NCBI GenBank assembly: GCA_017509895.1
Contig: JAFWOH010000001.1
Coordinates: forward strand, 1,454 to 65,453
Reading direction: 5' to 3'
Length of the DNA stretch: 64,000 nt
Source: Candidatus Saccharimonadota bacterium
GTDB lineage: Bacteria > Patescibacteriota > Saccharimonadia > Saccharimonadales > Saccharimonadaceae
Under the pieces are notes generated by a model, which searched no databases, had not been told where the DNA came from, and saw only the letters and a list, made by a program, of their open reading frames with translations. Both the position numbers and the translations under genes were made by a program. Within the stretch, counting starts at the first letter, position 1. Each line of letters opens with the position of its first letter. Below are positions 40,545 through 49,155 of this stretch, in pieces.

Positions 40545-41345
40545 ATGAAAGTGAGTTTTTTAGGTGCGGGGCTTTATGGGGAAGCTCTAGGGAAATTAGC
40601 GGAATTAAATGAACATGAAGTAAAATATTATGATCCGTATCGATTCCCGGATATAAAATTAAAAGATGTTATCTCGGAGGCGGAGGCGATAGTCTATGTG
40701 GCGCCGGCGGAAGCCTATCAGGAGCTGCTTTCGGAATTGCCGGCTGAGATACCGCTAATTTTGGCGAGCAAGGGGTTTGTATCAATGAAGCCGTTTGCCC
40801 GTTTTCGTGATTTTTCAGCGCTAGGAGGGGCGGCTTTTGCAGAAGACATTATGGAGATGAAGCCAAAAAATGGTTTGCCGATTTTCTTGACGGCCTCTTC
40901 CCCGCTCGCGGCGGAACTTTTTACGACTGATTTTGTGACGATAGAATACACAAAAGACACCAAGGGGGTGATGCTGCTCGGGGCGCTAAAGAATGTCTAT
41001 GCGATAGGGGCGGGGATGATGATGGATAGTAAACGGCCGGAGGAATATCTTTCTCTGGCTTATCAAGAGATGCGGGAGATTTTGGAGGCGAATGGTGGGA
41101 ATGCAGAGACGGCGGGGCTGTCCTGCGGGGTGCCAGATTTGATTATTTCTTGTACTCCGGATGGGCGGAATTATCGGTTTGGCCTAGAGATTAGGAGACA
41201 TCCTAGGAGCCAGATTGAGCCGGTGGGGACGGTAGAGGGGGTGACGGTAATCTCGAGTCTTAAAAAGTTTCCTGATTTTAAGATTCCAGAGGGGCTAGAA
41301 TTGTTTGATAAGATTGTAAAGAAAGTAAAGAACGCGACAAGATAA
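40545..41345 (+). CDS. gpsA: NAD(P)H-dependent glycerol-3-phosphate dehydrogenase (compact form)
   Basis: GAGLYGEAL, ASKG, ALKNVYAIGAG, DLIISC..GRNYRFG, VEGV. Confidence 0.8.
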   Translation: MKVSFLGAGLYGEALGKLAELNEHEVKYYDPYRFPDIKLKDVISEAEAIVYVAPAEAYQELLSELPAEIPLILASKGFVSMKPFARFRDFSALGGAAFAEDIMEMKPKNGLPIFLTASSPLAAELFTTDFVTIEYTKDTKGVMLLGALKNVYAIGAGMMMDSKRPEEYLSLAYQEMREILEANGGNAETAGLSCGVPDLIISCTPDGRNYRFGLEIRRHPRSQIEPVGTVEGVTVISSLKKFPDFKIPEGLELFDKIVKKVKNATR

Positions 41346-41353
41346 GGAGTTTT

Positions 41354-44300
41354 ATGCCACCAAATAAGTTTCAAAAAGAAGCAATTGAATATCTAGAGGG
41401 GCCGCTGCTCGTAATTGCCGGGCCGGGGACGGGCAAGACGCAGCTACTCTCAAAAAAGGTGGAGTATATCTTAGAGAAGACGGATGCGAATCCGGAAAAT
41501 ATCTTGTGTCTGACTTTTACAGACTCAGGGGCGCAGAATATGCGCGACAGGCTGTTCTCGATGATTGGTCGGGCGGCGGCAAAGGTCTCGATTCATACTT
41601 ATCATTCTTTTGGTTCTGACATCCTTGCGGAATATCAGAAGTATGCGACGGAGTATCTAGGAGAATTTGATGAGCCGATAGATGCGATTTTACAATATAA
41701 AATGATTAAAGAAATTCAGGAGAATTTGCCCCCGCGAGATATCCTGAGGGGAGATAAAATTTCGGATATTATCGATACAATTGCCTCGGCAAAATCGGCG
41801 CGGCTTTCGCCGGATGATTTGGCAAAGATTGCTAAGATTAATATGGATATTTCCAAGAGGATGGGGCCGCGGCTGGCCGAGATTATTAATCGGCTGTCCA
41901 TGCGGAAGAGCTGGCGGTTCCCAATGGCAGTGAAGGAGGTCTATCGGCCCCTTTGCGAGGCGCTCGCGGAATATGTTTCGGACGAGCCGATTGTCCCCGG
42001 GATTTTTCGTGAGGCGAATGCTTATCTTTTAGAGCTTGACCAGATTATTTCTGATGAGGGGGATGAGGAAAGACCCTCGGTGAAACCGCTTTCTAGCTGG
42101 AAAGATAAACGGTTTGAAAAAGATGATGATGGAAATTATCGTTTGAAAAATGTGGTTTCAAATAAAAAATTACTGAGTCTTTCTGGTGTGATGCGAGAGT
42201 ATAATAGACGACTTTCAGAATCTGGGATGTTTGATTTTTCGGATATGATTGAGGAGGCGATTCGGATTTTAAATAAGGATGCGGGATTTAAGGCGACGCT
42301 TTCGGAGCGATATCAATATATATTATTAGATGAATTTCAGGATACAAATCCGTCTCAGGCGGAGCTAATATATCTTTTGACAGATTATGAAAAGCCACTC
42401 GTGATGGCGGTCGGGGATGATGATCAGGCGATTTTTGAATTTCAGGGAGCGACTTCTTCGAACTTTATTGATTATCAGGAACATTATGGGGCGAAGATTG
42501 TCACGCTTAAGGATAATTATCGGTCTACGGCGGAGATTTTAAAGTTTTCGCGCTGTATTGCGGACCAAGTCGAGAATAATTTTTCGAAGAAATATAACAT
42601 AGATAAAAATTTAATTTCGCACTCTAAAGAGAAAACTAAAGTGGAGCGGCATGAGTTTTTATCGGCCGATGGTGAATATTATTGGGTGGCGGAAAAGATT
42701 GCGGAGCTGGTGCGCTCGGGCGTACCGCAGAAAGAGATTGCGATTATCACGCCAAAGCATAAATATATCGCTCCGCTACTGCCGTATCTAAAGGCGCATG
42801 ATGGTATTTATATCAATTACGAAAAGCGGGATAATCTATTTCTTGATGAAAGGATTTCAGAGATTTTGACGCTCGCGGAGTTTATCCTAGGGGTGGCGGA
42901 AGATGAGCCGGTGGAGCACTTGGTCCTGCCGATTTTGTCGTTTCCCTGTTTTGAGGTTAGTCCGCTCGCGGCGATTCGGGCCTCTAGGCGGGATGCTAAA
43001 AAAGCGAGCTTAGATTATTTTACCGAGGCGGATGACGCCCGGGTTCGGTGGGTGGGGGAGCTCTTGGCGGCGCTAGTTCAGAAGTCTTTTGAAACTCCTT
43101 TGGAGCTGATGCTAGATTATATGATTGGGACGATGGAGGTTTCTCCGGGTCTTCGCTCGCCGCTTCTGGAATATTATGTGAAGACGGGCTCAGAATATGC
43201 GGAATTTAATTTGTATGAAAGTTTAAGTGTCTTGCGGGCGGCGCTTGCTAGTTACCTTAAGAAAGTGGAACAGCCAAAATTAAAAGATTTAGTGATGTTT
43301 GCTCGTGATGCGGAAGAGGCCTCTTTCCCGCTTGCGAATACGAGCCCGTATAGCGAGGCGGAAAGTGCGGTACAGATTATGACGGCGCACAAGTCAAAGG
43401 GGTTGGAGTTTAAATATGTGTTCTTGGTAGCGGTAGATAATCTGAGCTGGGGCTCGAGTGGCGGTAATAATAATCTTTTGGTATTACCGTTAAATTTAAT
43501 ACAGATTCGTCACACCGGGACGACGGATGATGAACATCTGCGTTTATTGTTCGTGGCGATTACGCGGGCGAAGACGAATTTGATCTTGACGAGCTCGATT
43601 ACGGATTTTGCGGGCAAGACGCCAAAGCGGCTGATGTATCTAGAGGAGCATGAGGAAGAGGGGCGGTTAATCTCGCCGTTTATCGGGGAAATGGAAACGC
43701 ATTATGCGGACCTTGAGGAGGCGAAAAAGCAGACGGACCTTCGGCTTTCTTGGATTTCGGCCTATAAAGAATTGACGCCAGATTTAAAGCCGATTTTACT
43801 AGAGCGACTATCAAGTTATGCTCTGACCTCTACGGACCTAACTTCCTTTATTGATGTTTGTTATAGCGGGCCGGCGGAATTTTATAAGACCAAGGTCTTG
43901 CTCGCTCCGAGGGAGCCACTTTCTGGCTCGCTGTTATTCGGGACTTTCGTGCATAAAGTATTTGAAAAGGTGACGCGGGAGGGGCTCTCAGATGAAAAGG
44001 CGATAGAGTTTTTTAGGGAGGAGGTTTCTAATTCTTCGCTACTTCCGGCGGAAAAGGAGGAGATGCTAGAGCGGGGGGCGGTGGCTATCGCCAAGAGTCT
44101 GGCGGAATTTGGGCCGATTTTGAGATATCCGGGGGCGGGAGCAGAGATTAATTTCTTCTCGGAGCATTTGGAGATTAATGGGGTGCCGATTACGGGGAAG
44201 ATTGACCATATTAACATCGACAAGTCTACAAAGACGATTGAGCTTTATGATTTTAAGACCTCGCATTATCATTCTGGAAAATGGGATTCTAACGATACGC

Positions 44301-44623
44301 TGTATAAATATAAATTACAGCTTGGGTTTTATAAATTGCTCTTGAATTTGTCGCCGGTCTATGCGAAGTATAAGGTCTCGCGGGCGCACATTCTATTTGT
44401 GGAGCCGGATAGTTATGACGAGGTGCATGATAAGGTTTATGAGTTTAATGAGAAGGATGAGAAAGAACTGCTTGCCTTGATTTCGGCGGTTTATCATAAG
44501 ATAAAGACGCTAGAGTTTGTCTCGGACTCGGAATTGTTTGTGGAGGCGGACAATAATAAGAAGTTGAAGGATATTAAAGAGTTTGTGAAACTATTGACTT
44601 CTAAGAATGGTGAGGCTTGTTAG
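41354..44623 (+). CDS. UvrD/PcrA-type ATP-dependent helicase fused to a C-terminal PD-(D/E)xK nuclease (AddA/AdnB-like)
   Basis: AGPGTGKT, DEFQDTN, VGDDDQAIFEFQGA, MTAHKSKGLEF, VAITRAK, GKID...DFKT. Confidence 0.92.
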   Translation: MPPNKFQKEAIEYLEGPLLVIAGPGTGKTQLLSKKVEYILEKTDANPENILCLTFTDSGAQNMRDRLFSMIGRAAAKVSIHTYHSFGSDILAEYQKYATEYLGEFDEPIDAILQYKMIKEIQENLPPRDILRGDKISDIIDTIASAKSARLSPDDLAKIAKINMDISKRMGPRLAEIINRLSMRKSWRFPMAVKEVYRPLCEALAEYVSDEPIVPGIFREANAYLLELDQIISDEGDEERPSVKPLSSWKDKRFEKDDDGNYRLKNVVSNKKLLSLSGVMREYNRRLSESGMFDFSDMIEEAIRILNKDAGFKATLSERYQYILLDEFQDTNPSQAELIYLLTDYEKPLVMAVGDDDQAIFEFQGATSSNFIDYQEHYGAKIVTLKDNYRSTAEILKFSRCIADQVENNFSKKYNIDKNLISHSKEKTKVERHEFLSADGEYYWVAEKIAELVRSGVPQKEIAIITPKHKYIAPLLPYLKAHDGIYINYEKRDNLFLDERISEILTLAEFILGVAEDEPVEHLVLPILSFPCFEVSPLAAIRASRRDAKKASLDYFTEADDARVRWVGELLAALVQKSFETPLELMLDYMIGTMEVSPGLRSPLLEYYVKTGSEYAEFNLYESLSVLRAALASYLKKVEQPKLKDLVMFARDAEEASFPLANTSPYSEAESAVQIMTAHKSKGLEFKYVFLVAVDNLSWGSSGGNNNLLVLPLNLIQIRHTGTTDDEHLRLLFVAITRAKTNLILTSSITDFAGKTPKRLMYLEEHEEEGRLISPFIGEMETHYADLEEAKKQTDLRLSWISAYKELTPDLKPILLERLSSYALTSTDLTSFIDVCYSGPAEFYKTKVLLAPREPLSGSLLFGTFVHKVFEKVTREGLSDEKAIEFFREEVSNSSLLPAEKEEMLERGAVAIAKSLAEFGPILRYPGAGAEINFFSEHLEINGVPITGKIDHINIDKSTKTIELYDFKTSHYHSGKWDSNDTLYKYKLQLGFYKLLLNLSPVYAKYKVSRAHILFVEPDSYDEVHDKVYEFNEKDEKELLALISAVYHKIKTLEFVSDSELFVEADNNKKLKDIKEFVKLLTSKNGEAC

Positions 44624-44711
44624 ATTTTTAGTTTGATTGTTTTATTGTTGACAGATTTATTTTATAGAGTTATAATAGTTGTATGTCATAGCCAGAAGGG
44701 GGTGATGATGA

Positions 44712-44891
44712 ATGGCGACATACAGATGTCCGAGATGCGGACGCCCTTATACAACTCCGGGAGAAGCCATGAAATGTGGTTGCGCGAAGCGCGTAAAATG
44801 TCCAACCTGTAATGGCACAGGGCTTCAATATGGGACAAAGATTCCTTGCAACCGATGTAACGGAGCTGGTACGGTGTACCTTACATATTAA
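44712..44891 (+). CDS. 59-aa Cys-rich zinc-finger protein (not in the ORF track)
   Basis: MATYRCPRCGRPYTTPGEAMKCGCAKRVKCPTCNGTGLQYGTKIPCNRCNGAGTVYLTY; perfect TTGACA-N17-TATAAT, SD AAGGGGGTG, terminator at ~44910-44934. Confidence 0.85.
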   Translation: MATYRCPRCGRPYTTPGEAMKCGCAKRVKCPTCNGTGLQYGTKIPCNRCNGAGTVYLTY

Positions 44892-44938
44892 TTGCTGTTC
44901 TTTAGATTAGACGGAGCAAGAGTTGCTCCGTCTTTTCG

Positions 44939-46114
44939 TTATTTGCGATTTAAGACGATGAGGTTTTCGAGATGCGGGGTTCTCGGGAAGAAATTGAAGG
45001 CTTGGAGTTTTGCAATTTGATATTTTTCGGATAGAAGTTTGATGTCGCGGGCCTGAGTGGCGGGGTTACAGGAGAGATAGATGATGGTTTCGGGTGTGGT
45101 CTCGAGAAGTTTTTCTATCAGTTTTTTATCGAGACCGGCGCGGGGAGGATCGACGATGACGGTTTGGCCCGGAGCGATTAGCTCTGTAATGTTTTCAGAT
45201 TTTTCGAGAATTGTTTTGTGATTCTTGGCATTTTCTTGGAGTTCTTTGAAGGCGGCTTTATTGACCTCGACAAGAGTGAGATTCTTGTCGCTTGCGACGG
45301 AGAGGCCGATGGTACCGACGCCGGCATAAAGGTCTAAAACATCTTCGGTCTTGATATACTGTTTGATTTCTTCTAAGGCCATTTCATAAATCGGAAGGTT
45401 GATTTGGAAAAAGCCATTCGGAGAATAAGAATAGGTTTTGCCGAGGATAGTGTCGGTTAGGTTATTAAAAATCGGATGGGGCTTATGATTTTCATAAAGC
45501 CCGCCCTCTACCTCGCCATTTTGGTTGCAGCGAAGAAGGAGGGATTGATATTTGCGACCGTCTGCGTGGGTTTTATTTAATTCATCGATGATTTTTTGGG
45601 CTTCTTTAAAAATTTCGGGACGCTCAATACTAGAGGTTTCGACTTTGATTTTCCTGTGGGTACCGCGTTGATGAAAGCCGAGATGTAGTTTCTCAGTTTC
45701 GTGGTCGAAATAGAGGGAGTATTCCATTTTGTTGCGGTAGAAAAAATCTTTATCATCTGTTTGGATTATAAATTTAGGAATATTAATATTTTCTTGTCTA
45801 AAGTTTTCTATTAGTAATTCAGCTTTTTGCTCGAGTTCGTAAGCATAATCCATGATTTGCCAAGGGGAGGTGGAGAGGTAGCAAGAGTCTTTTTCTGTGA
45901 TGCGGTGGGGCGACGGGCTTTCGATTTTGAGGGCGATGGCCTCAAAATAATGAGACTTCTTTTTGGTAATCTCATATTCTGTGACGGTTTCGCCGGGGAG
46001 GGCGTTCCAGAAAAAGCCCTTAATTCCCTCTTCAGTGGTGGCGAGGCCTTGTCCGCCGGGGACGAGTTTGTCGATTTTGACCGGTGCGTCTGTGATGAGC
46101 TGTGGAAGTTTCAT
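44939..46114 (-). CDS. RNA (uracil-5)-methyltransferase, TrmA/RlmD family
   Basis: TRAM-like N-terminus, GFFQIN, DLYAGVGTIG, VDPPRAGL, YLSCNPATQARD, FFPRTPHLE. Confidence 0.9.
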   Translation of the reverse strand: MKLPQLITDAPVKIDKLVPGGQGLATTEEGIKGFFWNALPGETVTEYEITKKKSHYFEAIALKIESPSPHRITEKDSCYLSTSPWQIMDYAYELEQKAELLIENFRQENINIPKFIIQTDDKDFFYRNKMEYSLYFDHETEKLHLGFHQRGTHRKIKVETSSIERPEIFKEAQKIIDELNKTHADGRKYQSLLLRCNQNGEVEGGLYENHKPHPIFNNLTDTILGKTYSYSPNGFFQINLPIYEMALEEIKQYIKTEDVLDLYAGVGTIGLSVASDKNLTLVEVNKAAFKELQENAKNHKTILEKSENITELIAPGQTVIVDPPRAGLDKKLIEKLLETTPETIIYLSCNPATQARDIKLLSEKYQIAKLQAFNFFPRTPHLENLIVLNRK

Positions 46115-46168
46115 AGAGGTATTATACAGAAAAATCGCCGCTTTCTCAAGCGACGATTTAGTTTTGGG

Positions 46169-46672
46169 CTACTTCTCGAAGTACAGCTTGTCTTCATTGG
46201 GGTCAGCCCATTGGTGCTTCCAAGTGTAAATACTCGGAAGCTGGGATTTGCCAAACACGTCTTTGACGTGTTGGTAGACTCCGAGTAGCTCTGAATCCTC
46301 TTCGCAGGCACTGAATAGAGTCTGTTTGTAGGCACTTGCGAGCTTTACGTCGGTTATGCACATCTGGGAAATAATTCCCAAAACTGTGTAAATGACCTTT
46401 CGGCTGTTTATGCCTCCGTCGCAGCCGAAGCTGCAGACGAAGCGGCCGTAGGTGGTATTTAAATACACTGCGGTCGCCAGCGTATTATCCAGCATGCCGT
46501 CGCCTATGTCGAACTCAATGATCGAGCCGATATTGGCGCGCTCTGCGCTACCGCTTAGTGCGAAGTGGCCGTTTCCAGCTTCCTCGATTTTGAGGTCGTC
46601 CCTCAGGACTTCGAGGATGACCTCGATTTCGAGCGGGTAAAATACCCCGCGCGTAATTTTTAAATTCTTCAT
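46169..46672 (-). CDS. Hypothetical protein, stand-alone cassette
   Basis: TAGACA-N17-TATAAT promoter; SD GGAAGGGGG. Confidence 0.65.
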   Translation of the reverse strand: MKNLKITRGVFYPLEIEVILEVLRDDLKIEEAGNGHFALSGSAERANIGSIIEFDIGDGMLDNTLATAVYLNTTYGRFVCSFGCDGGINSRKVIYTVLGIISQMCITDVKLASAYKQTLFSACEEDSELLGVYQHVKDVFGKSQLPSIYTWKHQWADPNEDKLYFEK

Positions 46673-46795
46673 TGAAATTCCCCCTTCCCTGAAGAAAATA
46701 TATTAATGTGCAAACTGTGTTAATTATATCACATTATTCCGCTTTTGTCTAGTTTATTTTTAATTTTAAGCTTGGTGTAGAGGACGAGTTAGTAT

Positions 46796-47365
46796 TTAGT
46801 ATTCATAGATTTTGATTTGGTCGTTGGGGTGGAGGAAGTTTGACATCTCCTCTTCATCTGTAATATTTTCGGTGATAATCCAGAGGCAGCGGGAGATGAA
46901 AGAGTGGGTGACGAGGAGGAGCTCGGCGCCGTCTTTATATTGATTTTTAATGTCGTCTAGGAAGCTTTGGACGCGGTTTAGGCCAGAAAGGAGAGTCTCG
47001 GCGCCGCTGCCCATGCGCTCGACTTCGAGTGAGTTCCAGAGGGGCTTTTGCCAGAGCTCGTCGATGTTATAATTTTTTAGCTCGCCGAGGTCGCGCTCGG
47101 CGAGGCGGTCGTCATAAATCGGGTCGTATTCTGGGGCGACGATTTGGACAGATTCAATGCAGCGTTTCATCGGGGAGGCGTAGACGGCTTTAAAAGATTG
47201 AAGGATTTTTGGCGCTCCTTGCATTTTTAACAAATCTTCGCGGACTTTTAGCATCTGTTCTCTGCCGTTTGCGGTTAAAATATCTTCAGAGCGACCGGTG
47301 ACGGTGCCAGATAGATTTGATGGAGTTTCGCCATGACGGACGACAATTAATTTAATCTTTCCCAT
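46796..47365 (-). CDS. Histidine phosphatase (phosphoglycerate mutase family)
   Basis: VRHGET, ASPMKRC, L.ERDLG, VTHS. Confidence 0.9.
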   Translation of the reverse strand: MGKIKLIVVRHGETPSNLSGTVTGRSEDILTANGREQMLKVREDLLKMQGAPKILQSFKAVYASPMKRCIESVQIVAPEYDPIYDDRLAERDLGELKNYNIDELWQKPLWNSLEVERMGSGAETLLSGLNRVQSFLDDIKNQYKDGAELLLVTHSFISRCLWIITENITDEEEMSNFLHPNDQIKIYEY

Positions 47366-47491
47366 AGGAATATTATAAGATAGGTTTTAATAAAATGGAA
47401 TATCTCTTTAGGCTTTAGCATGAGCGTTATTGACTTTTTTGATAAAGTGTTGTATAATTAAAGTAAGAAACTTGAAGGGGAGTTCATTAAA

Positions 47492-47821
47492 ATGCCCGGC
47501 GGGGCAAAACGCAGAGAGGGGGACAAAATGGGGACTTCGAAATTAATGTATTATGGCTTGGGAAACGGGCCAAGAGAAGTTAATTGCTACTATGCTGAGG
47601 AAGAAGAAATTCCTCAAGACGAAATTCAGATAGTGGCAAGTCCTCAAGTTGCTGGGGTTATGAAGAAGTTGTTAATTTATACGCTCATAATCTTAGCTGG
47701 TTTTATCGATTTAGCTTTAGGGCTTTTATTGCTCGTAAGAATAGGGGTTTGGCCGATATTTATTTGGGCCTTCTTTAATGCCTTAGAGTTTTATCTGATT
47801 ACCGAGGCGGCGCTCTTCTAG
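47492..47821 (+). CDS. Small membrane protein with two C-terminal TMs (alternative start at 47528)
   Basis: TTGACT-N17-TATAAT promoter; G-rich SDs before both ATGs. Confidence 0.6.
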   Translation: MPGGAKRREGDKMGTSKLMYYGLGNGPREVNCYYAEEEEIPQDEIQIVASPQVAGVMKKLLIYTLIILAGFIDLALGLLLLVRIGVWPIFIWAFFNALEFYLITEAALF

Positions 47822-47882
47822 CGCCGCTTTTTTAGTATGGCTTGTGTATTGACAAAAGCCGTAAAGTGTAATAGACTATATC

Positions 47883-47924
47883 TGAGGGCGACTTGGTGCT
47901 GAACTGTGCCAAGCCGAGCCCTCA
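47883..47924 (+). ncRNA. Candidate small hairpin RNA, copy 1
   Basis: TTGACA-N17-TAGACT directly upstream; 32/42 identical to copy 2 with covarying pairs; followed by TTTT. Confidence 0.65.
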
Positions 47925-47972
47925 TTTTGATGCAAATTAAAAAGAACCTTTGACGGTTATTTGTATTCGTGA

Positions 47973-48014
47973 TGGGGGGTTGGCCTCGCTCAGTTAAGAA
48001 CCAGGTCGCCCCCA
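47973..48014 (-). ncRNA. Candidate small hairpin RNA, copy 2
   Basis: TTGACG-N17-TAATAT promoter whose -35 lies in the last codons of the nuclease gene; homologous to copy 1. Confidence 0.65.
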
Positions 48015-48034
48015 TTATTGTAATATTACCATAT

Positions 48035-48448
48035 CTATTTCGTGACGTCAAGTAGCCGGCCGCTTTTTTCTATGATTAGCATTCGGCGGACTTGGCCACC
48101 GGTTTTGAACATATTTATAAGTTGTATTTCTACTTTGTCTGCATTATTTTTGATGAATCTTAGGTCGAAAATGATTTTAGAAGCTTGTCTAGAGGCTTCG
48201 CGGAAACGGTTTTTAATTGTGTTTCGATTTGCGCTAATTGGTGTTTTTACTTCCCATATTGATCCCATGATGAAGATATCTGGATTTTTAGCCTTTTTAA
48301 TACCAGTGGGCTTAATTAGCTCGATGTTCATACCAAAAAGCGTTAAGTAAGAAAAAGTTTCGTTCTCGTTAGCCTCGGACTTGACTCCGTTTTTATTTAT
48401 GTAGCCAATTTTGTTTTTCTTCGCTTTCGGTATTTCCCTTATTTGCAT
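48035..48448 (-). CDS. Stand-alone CdiA-CT-like PD-(D/E)xK nuclease (putative tRNase toxin domain)
   Basis: KNPD-x8-WEVKTP...NTI...ASRQA..IIFD pattern; no secretion domain and no adjacent immunity ORF. Confidence 0.7.
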   Translation of the reverse strand: MQIREIPKAKKNKIGYINKNGVKSEANENETFSYLTLFGMNIELIKPTGIKKAKNPDIFIMGSIWEVKTPISANRNTIKNRFREASRQASKIIFDLRFIKNNADKVEIQLINMFKTGGQVRRMLIIEKSGRLLDVTK

Positions 48449-48503
48449 GAGATTATTCTAACATAAAAAGAGTCTATTGTATAGACTGCTAAACGGTAGC
48501 TTA

Positions 48504-48688
48504 TTAGCATAAACAGTATTGACTTTTTGGGGTAAGCGTGGTATAATGTATGTGTAGTTTAAGTGAGGTGTTCACGAGACTAGTACCTTAAAAGCGATTA
48601 GAGAAGTTTCATATTCTCGCTTTTTGTGTGATGGCCTTGTGGCAATAATTTCTTCTGCCGGCGGGCATTATACGCAGAAGGAGGGTAT
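48504..48688 (+). promoter_or_regulatory. Promoter + conserved structured leader, copy A
   Basis: Homologous to 58958-59146 (minus strand) from upstream of the -35 to the ATG. Confidence 0.8.
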
Positions 48689-49102
48689 ATGAAGAATTTT
48701 GAAGTTAGTATAATCAGCTATGAAGTGAGTCCCAGTTTTGATCCGCGGTTTGCCCGGAACGGTGGAGGCTATGAGCAGCCTACTATAGAGGGTGAGATCA
48801 GCTGGGATGGCTGTGACGAGCCCATGGAGTTCGTGATAGACGATACTTCATGTGGGGAGTTTGGTAGCCGTTATTCAGTTTCAATCTTCGGTGGTCCGGC
48901 TGAGCTCTGCGGGCAATATTCTACCAACGGGATTGACTTTAATGGAGAGCTTCCAGATGAGTCAAGTTTCAAATGGAGTGAGGAGCTTGAAGAGCTTCGG
49001 GAAGTCTTTGAGAAGGCCACTCGGTTTTGGTTTTATACCGAGGAGGAGTTGAAAGAAGACGACGAGGATGATTTTGAAGAAGGGGGTGACGAAGAAAACT
49101 AA
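48689..49102 (+). CDS. Highly acidic hypothetical protein
   Basis: SD AAGGAGG; about 38 D/E against 9 K/R; terminator AAAAGCGG...CCGCTTTT follows. Confidence 0.7.
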   Translation: MKNFEVSIISYEVSPSFDPRFARNGGGYEQPTIEGEISWDGCDEPMEFVIDDTSCGEFGSRYSVSIFGGPAELCGQYSTNGIDFNGELPDESSFKWSEELEELREVFEKATRFWFYTEEELKEDDEDDFEEGGDEEN

Positions 49103-49155
49103 TCGCAAAAGCGGTGCTAAATGGCGCCGCTTTTTGATGTGGTATAATGGAAGAT

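Noticed and set aside
48555-48620. Fluoride, ZTP or preQ1 riboswitch in leader A/B
   Set aside because: The similarity is limited to a few bases (GGTGTTCAC, GCCGGCGGGCA), is not conserved between the two copies, or lacks the rest of the consensus.
46169-49102. Intact prophage or integrative element
   Set aside because: No integrase, transposase, structural genes or flanking direct repeats were found; it is only a cluster of small accessory genes.
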